Assembly: GCA_965225945.1 (NCBI GenBank)
Contig: CBDDBZ010000030.1
Span: 32,001 to 96,000 of the forward strand
DNA length: 64,000 nucleotides
Source of the DNA: Alphaproteobacteria bacterium
Lineage (GTDB): Bacteria > Pseudomonadota > Alphaproteobacteria > GCA-2731375
Reading direction: 5' to 3'
This document shows, one piece after another, positions 60,094 through 64,000 of this stretch (its first letter is position 1; the number at the start of each line of letters is the position of its first letter). The notes below the pieces were generated by a model. That model was given only the letters and a program-made list of their open reading frames with translations. It did not search any database and had not been told where the DNA came from. The position numbers and the translations under genes are program-made.

Positions 60094-60777
60094 ATGTTGA
60101 TCAACGCGAACTACGCGCTGCCCGCGATCGTCGACGGCGAGGCGCTGCCCTGGATCGCTTCGCCACTTCCCGGCGTCGAGCGGCGGATGTTGGAGCGCGA
60201 CGGCGACGAGGTCGCCCGCGTCACCAGCCTGGTCCGCTATGCCGCCGGCAGCCGCTTCTCCGAACATGAGCACGCCGGTGGCGAGGAGTTTTTGGTCCTG
60301 GAAGGGACCTTCTCCGACCAATACGGCGATTTTCCCGCCGGCACCTACCTGCGCAATCCGGTCGGCTCCAGCCACGCCCCGCACTGCGACGAGGGCTGTC
60401 TGATCTTCGTCAAGCTCTGGTGGATGCAGTCCGAGGACCAGGCCTTCGTCCGCGCCGATACCACGGACAAATCGGACTGGCGGGCGCGGGCGCCGGGTGT
60501 CGAGGAAAAGCCGCTGCATGCCTGGGGTCCGGAAGCGGTCGGTTTCCTGCGCCTCGCCCCCGGGGCGAGCTTGCCGGCGCGCGCGATTCCGGGCGGCGAG
60601 GAGATCCTCGTCGTCGAGGGCACGATCGAGGACGAGGACGGCCTGCACGGCCGTCATGCCTGGTTGCGCCGCCCCGGCGGGCAGGCGCCGGCGATGACCA
60701 CAACCAGCGGCGCGCGGCTCCTGGTCAAGCGCGGCCAGCTCGCGCTTCCGCCGCCGCCGCTGCCGACGCGGGCCTGA
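60094..60777 (+). CDS. ChrR-like cupin domain protein
   Basis: GVERRMLERDG.EVAR.TSLVRY..GS.F..HEH.GGEEFLVLEG. Confidence 0.9.
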   Translation: MLINANYALPAIVDGEALPWIASPLPGVERRMLERDGDEVARVTSLVRYAAGSRFSEHEHAGGEEFLVLEGTFSDQYGDFPAGTYLRNPVGSSHAPHCDEGCLIFVKLWWMQSEDQAFVRADTTDKSDWRARAPGVEEKPLHAWGPEAVGFLRLAPGASLPARAIPGGEEILVVEGTIEDEDGLHGRHAWLRRPGGQAPAMTTTSGARLLVKRGQLALPPPPLPTRA

Positions 60778-60851
60778 CGCTCGGGACCGTCGCCTTCGGT
60801 TTCGGGTGCTATAAATTTCGCCTCGGGTGAGTTTCGCCGCGGGAGGATGGA

Positions 60852-62567
60852 ATGCCTTGGCAGCCGCAGATCGTCGGCGCCCGACACATGGTGTCGGCGG
60901 GTCATCATTTGGCGGCGCTCGCCGGTTTCGAGATCCTGGAGGCGGGGGGAAACGCGATCGACGCGGGCGTTGCCGCGGGCCTGGCGCTGGGCGTCGTGCA
61001 CTCCGACCAGGTCCAGTTCTCGGGCGTCGCCCCGATTCTGATCCACCTGGCCGAGAGCGGCGAGACCCTGTCGATCGCCGGTCTGGGCCCTTGGCCGCGC
61101 GCCACCCGACCCGAGCACTTCATCGACGAGCTGGGCGGCGCCATCCCGCTCGGCCTGTTGCGCACCGTGGTTCCGGCGGCGCCCGATGCCTGGATCCTGG
61201 CGCTGGCGCGCCACGGCACCATGGCCTTCTCCGAGGTCGCCGAGGCCGCTATTCGCCATGCTCGCGACGGCTTTGCGATGCATCCCTTCATGGCCTCCTT
61301 CATCCGCCGCAACGAGGCCAACTACGCCCGCTGGCCGAGCAGCGCCGCGATCTATCTGCCTCGAGGCCGCCCGCCCGCCGAGGGCGAACTGTTCCGCCAG
61401 GGCGATCTCGCGGCCTCGCTGCAATACATGGCCGACGAGGATCGTGCCGCCTCGGCTCGGGGCGGGCGGGCGGCCGGTCTCGCGGCGGCCCGCGACGCCT
61501 TCTACCGGGGCGACCTGGCGCGCGCAATGGTCGCCTATCACGCCGAGAACGGCGGCTGGCTGACGGCGGAGGACCTGGCCGACTATCGCTCCGAGATCGA
61601 AATCCCGCCGCGCCGGCGCTTCGCCGAGTGGGAGGTCGTGAGCTGCGGAGCCTGGTGTCAGGGCCCGGCGCTGCTGCAGATGCTGGCGATGCTGGACGGC
61701 GAGGATCTGGCGGCCCTCGGCCACAACACGGCCGACTACATCCACCTCCTGGTCGAGGTGATGAAGCTCGCGCTCGCCGACCGCGAGGCCTACTACGGCG
61801 ATCCGCGCCAGGTGGAGGTGCCGCTCGAGACCTTGTTGTCGGACAGCTATGCGGAAACGCGACGGGCCGAGGTCGCGGCTGATCGGGCGGCGGTGGAAAT
61901 GCCCGCGCCGGGCCGGATCGACGGCGCCACGCCCGGCACGCTGGCGATCCTCGAGGCAGCGGCGGAACCGGCGTCCGCCTCGGCGGATACCTCCTATGCC
62001 TGCGCCGTCGACAAAATGGGCAACGTCTTTTCGGCGACCCCGAGCGACGTCTCCTTCGAGAGTCCCGTCATCCCCGGTCTCGGCTTTTGTCCCTCGGCCC
62101 GGGGCTCGCAATCCTTCGCGATTCGCGGCCATGCCTCGGCGGTGGCGCCCGGCAAGCGGCCGCGCTTGACGCCCAATCCCGCGATCGCTTTTCGCGGCGA
62201 GGCGGTTCGCATGCCCTTCGGTACCCCCGGCGGCGATGCCCAGACCCAGGCGATGCTGCAGGTCTTCGTGAATATCGCCGTCTTCGCGGTGGCGCCGCAG
62301 GAGGCGGTGGAAGCGCCGCGTTTCGTCACTCACGGCTTTCCCGGATCGTTCGAACCGCACGTCTATCGACCGGGACGTCTGGAGATCGAGGACCGTATCG
62401 ACGAACGGGTTCGCGCCGAGCTCGCGTCGCGCGGCCATGGGGTGGTCGTCGAGCCGGCGCTTTCGGACCGCGTCGGCGGCGTCTGCCTGATCGAGGCGGA
62501 GCGGGAAAGCGGCCGCCTCTGGGGTGGCGCGGATCCCCGACGCCCAGCCCGCGCGATTGGCCGCTGA
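60852..62567 (+). CDS. Gamma-glutamyltransferase family protein (cytoplasmic, no signal peptide)
   Basis: GGNAIDAGVA, DTSY autoproteolytic Thr site, PGKRPRLT, GTPGGD, GGADPRR. Confidence 0.92.
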   Translation: MPWQPQIVGARHMVSAGHHLAALAGFEILEAGGNAIDAGVAAGLALGVVHSDQVQFSGVAPILIHLAESGETLSIAGLGPWPRATRPEHFIDELGGAIPLGLLRTVVPAAPDAWILALARHGTMAFSEVAEAAIRHARDGFAMHPFMASFIRRNEANYARWPSSAAIYLPRGRPPAEGELFRQGDLAASLQYMADEDRAASARGGRAAGLAAARDAFYRGDLARAMVAYHAENGGWLTAEDLADYRSEIEIPPRRRFAEWEVVSCGAWCQGPALLQMLAMLDGEDLAALGHNTADYIHLLVEVMKLALADREAYYGDPRQVEVPLETLLSDSYAETRRAEVAADRAAVEMPAPGRIDGATPGTLAILEAAAEPASASADTSYACAVDKMGNVFSATPSDVSFESPVIPGLGFCPSARGSQSFAIRGHASAVAPGKRPRLTPNPAIAFRGEAVRMPFGTPGGDAQTQAMLQVFVNIAVFAVAPQEAVEAPRFVTHGFPGSFEPHVYRPGRLEIEDRIDERVRAELASRGHGVVVEPALSDRVGGVCLIEAERESGRLWGGADPRRPARAIGR

Positions 62568-62668
62568 GCGGTATCTCCTTGGCCACCGCACAGGCTCTGC
62601 GGTGACGAAATATTTACCTATCGAGCCCAGATTCGAGTTCGCGCATGGGCTCAACGAAAGCGGCGGCC

Positions 62669-63787
62669 ATGGCATATTCGACCGTTCGATTACAAGGCCT
62701 GATCGACCTCGCGCAGGAGGATTCCAGTGACAAGCGTCGCGAGCTCCTGGAAGAGGTCGCCGACCTGTTTCTGGACGATTCGAATGCGATGAACGACCGC
62801 GAGACGGGACTGGCCGACGACATCTTGACCAAAGTCGCGCACGACGTCGAAATGAAGGTCCGCAAGTCCCTCGCCGAGCGTTTCGCCAGCGTCGATACCG
62901 TGCCGCCGAACCTGGTACGGATGCTCGCGAGCGATGAGATCGAGGTCGCCGCGCCGATCCTGCAGGAGAGCCGGGCGCTCAGCGATCGGGATCTGATGGA
63001 CATCGTGCGGGAGAACGGGAAGGACCACATGCTGGCGGTCACGCGTCGCGAGGAAATCTCCGAGGCCGTGTCCGAGGCGCTGGTCGAGAGTGGCGACGAC
63101 GACGTTATCGTCAACTTGGTGCGCAACGCGGGTGCCCAGATTTCGCGCGGCAGCATGGAGAACCTGGTCGCGCGCTCGGAGTCGAACGCGGTGTTGCAGG
63201 AGCCGCTGGTGAAGCGGGGCGACCTGCCGGCCGATCTGATGCACGACATGTTCTGGTTCGTGTCGTCGCAGCTCAAGGAATATATCCTGACCGAAGCCAA
63301 CATGGACGAGAGTCTGGTCGCGGAGGTGATCGAGGAGACTCGGGCCAGCTTGACCCAGGAAATCGACGACTACGACGCGAAGATGCGCCGCGGTCTCCGC
63401 ATCGTGCTCCGCCGGGAGCGCGAAAGGAAGCTGAACGAGGACTACATGGTGCAGGCGCTGCGCCAGGGCGAGCGCGAGGTCTTCGTCGCGGCCTTCTCGC
63501 GGCTGGCTGAAATCGATCTGCAGACCGCCGATCGAGTCCTTTCCAACGAGTCCCCCGAGGCCATCGCCGTCGCCTGCAAGGCGAGTCAATTCATGCTGTC
63601 CACCTTTTCCAGCATCGTTCTCTTGAGCAATGAGGGAAAGACGCGCAAGGGCTTCGAGGTGGCCGAGCTGCTGGAGCTCTACAACAAGGTCCCCGACTCC
63701 GCGGCCAAGCGCGCCATGCGGTTCTGGCGCATTCGCAAGAAAGCCGAATCCGCGCCGAAGACGGCTCCCATGGCGCTGACCGCGTGA
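62669..63787 (+). CDS. DUF2336-like protein
   Basis: LA.D.IEVAAPIL..S..LSD.DL, LVRNAGA.IS, C-terminal RAMRFWR. Confidence 0.8.
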   Translation: MAYSTVRLQGLIDLAQEDSSDKRRELLEEVADLFLDDSNAMNDRETGLADDILTKVAHDVEMKVRKSLAERFASVDTVPPNLVRMLASDEIEVAAPILQESRALSDRDLMDIVRENGKDHMLAVTRREEISEAVSEALVESGDDDVIVNLVRNAGAQISRGSMENLVARSESNAVLQEPLVKRGDLPADLMHDMFWFVSSQLKEYILTEANMDESLVAEVIEETRASLTQEIDDYDAKMRRGLRIVLRRERERKLNEDYMVQALRQGEREVFVAAFSRLAEIDLQTADRVLSNESPEAIAVACKASQFMLSTFSSIVLLSNEGKTRKGFEVAELLELYNKVPDSAAKRAMRFWRIRKKAESAPKTAPMALTA

Positions 63788-63795
63788 TCTCCGGC

Positions 63796-63999
63796 TCAGC
63801 CTTTGAAGGCGAGGCCGATCAAAAGGGCGATGATGCCGGCGATCGCATAGAGGGCGACGACGGCGACGCCCAGGAAAATCATGTTCCCGGTGGTCTTCAG
63901 CGGATGCACCTGGCGTTCCTGGTGGAGGCGTTCGTCGCCGCGACGGTCGCTGCCGCCGATCAGCGTCAGGAAGGCGCGGCGTCCCCCCAGGGGAAAGGC
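63796..63999 (-). CDS. Small membrane protein, 5'-truncated by window edge
   Basis: AFPLGGRRAFLTLIGGSDRRGDERLHQERQVHPLKTTGNMIF followed by a TM segment and TGA; not in the ORF track. Confidence 0.65.
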   Translation of the reverse strand, partial: AFPLGGRRAFLTLIGGSDRRGDERLHQERQVHPLKTTGNMIFLGVAVVALYAIAGIIALLIGLAFKG

Positions 64000-64000
64000 G

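Overview
High-GC alphaproteobacterial chromosome segment (Rhodospirillales-like gene content). The core backbone is dnaE2 (5'-truncated), hslO-argF-argD, cca, hemF-trmL, petABC, rho, a UbiH-family hydroxylase, glnK-amtB, dapC-like aminotransferase-ftsK-lolA-xth, a CenR-like regulator and ribA. Four accessory elements stand out. (1) Two type II toxin-antitoxin modules (hicAB, dinJ/relB-yafQ) lie behind dnaE2; the second is flanked by a 20-bp direct repeat and a perfect 27-bp-arm palindrome. (2) An IS630-family element with a frameshifted transposase sits inside the NtrC/IHF/sigma54-type promoter of glnK-amtB. (3) A ~20-kb, 16-gene cluster (29387-49314) combines four glycosyltransferases, a histidine phosphatase, a deacetylase, two methyltransferases, an atypical ABC exporter, a complete peptide-type ABC importer and a full cyclic-nucleotide module (cyclase, cNMP-binding protein, putative phosphodiesterase). 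This is the best candidate for an uncharacterised system. (4) A ~2130-aa FecR/DVUA0089-like/RTX surface protein gene next to sapC is broken by two micro-duplications. No tRNA, rRNA, CRISPR array or integrase was seen. All family calls come from motif recognition by eye, not from database searches.
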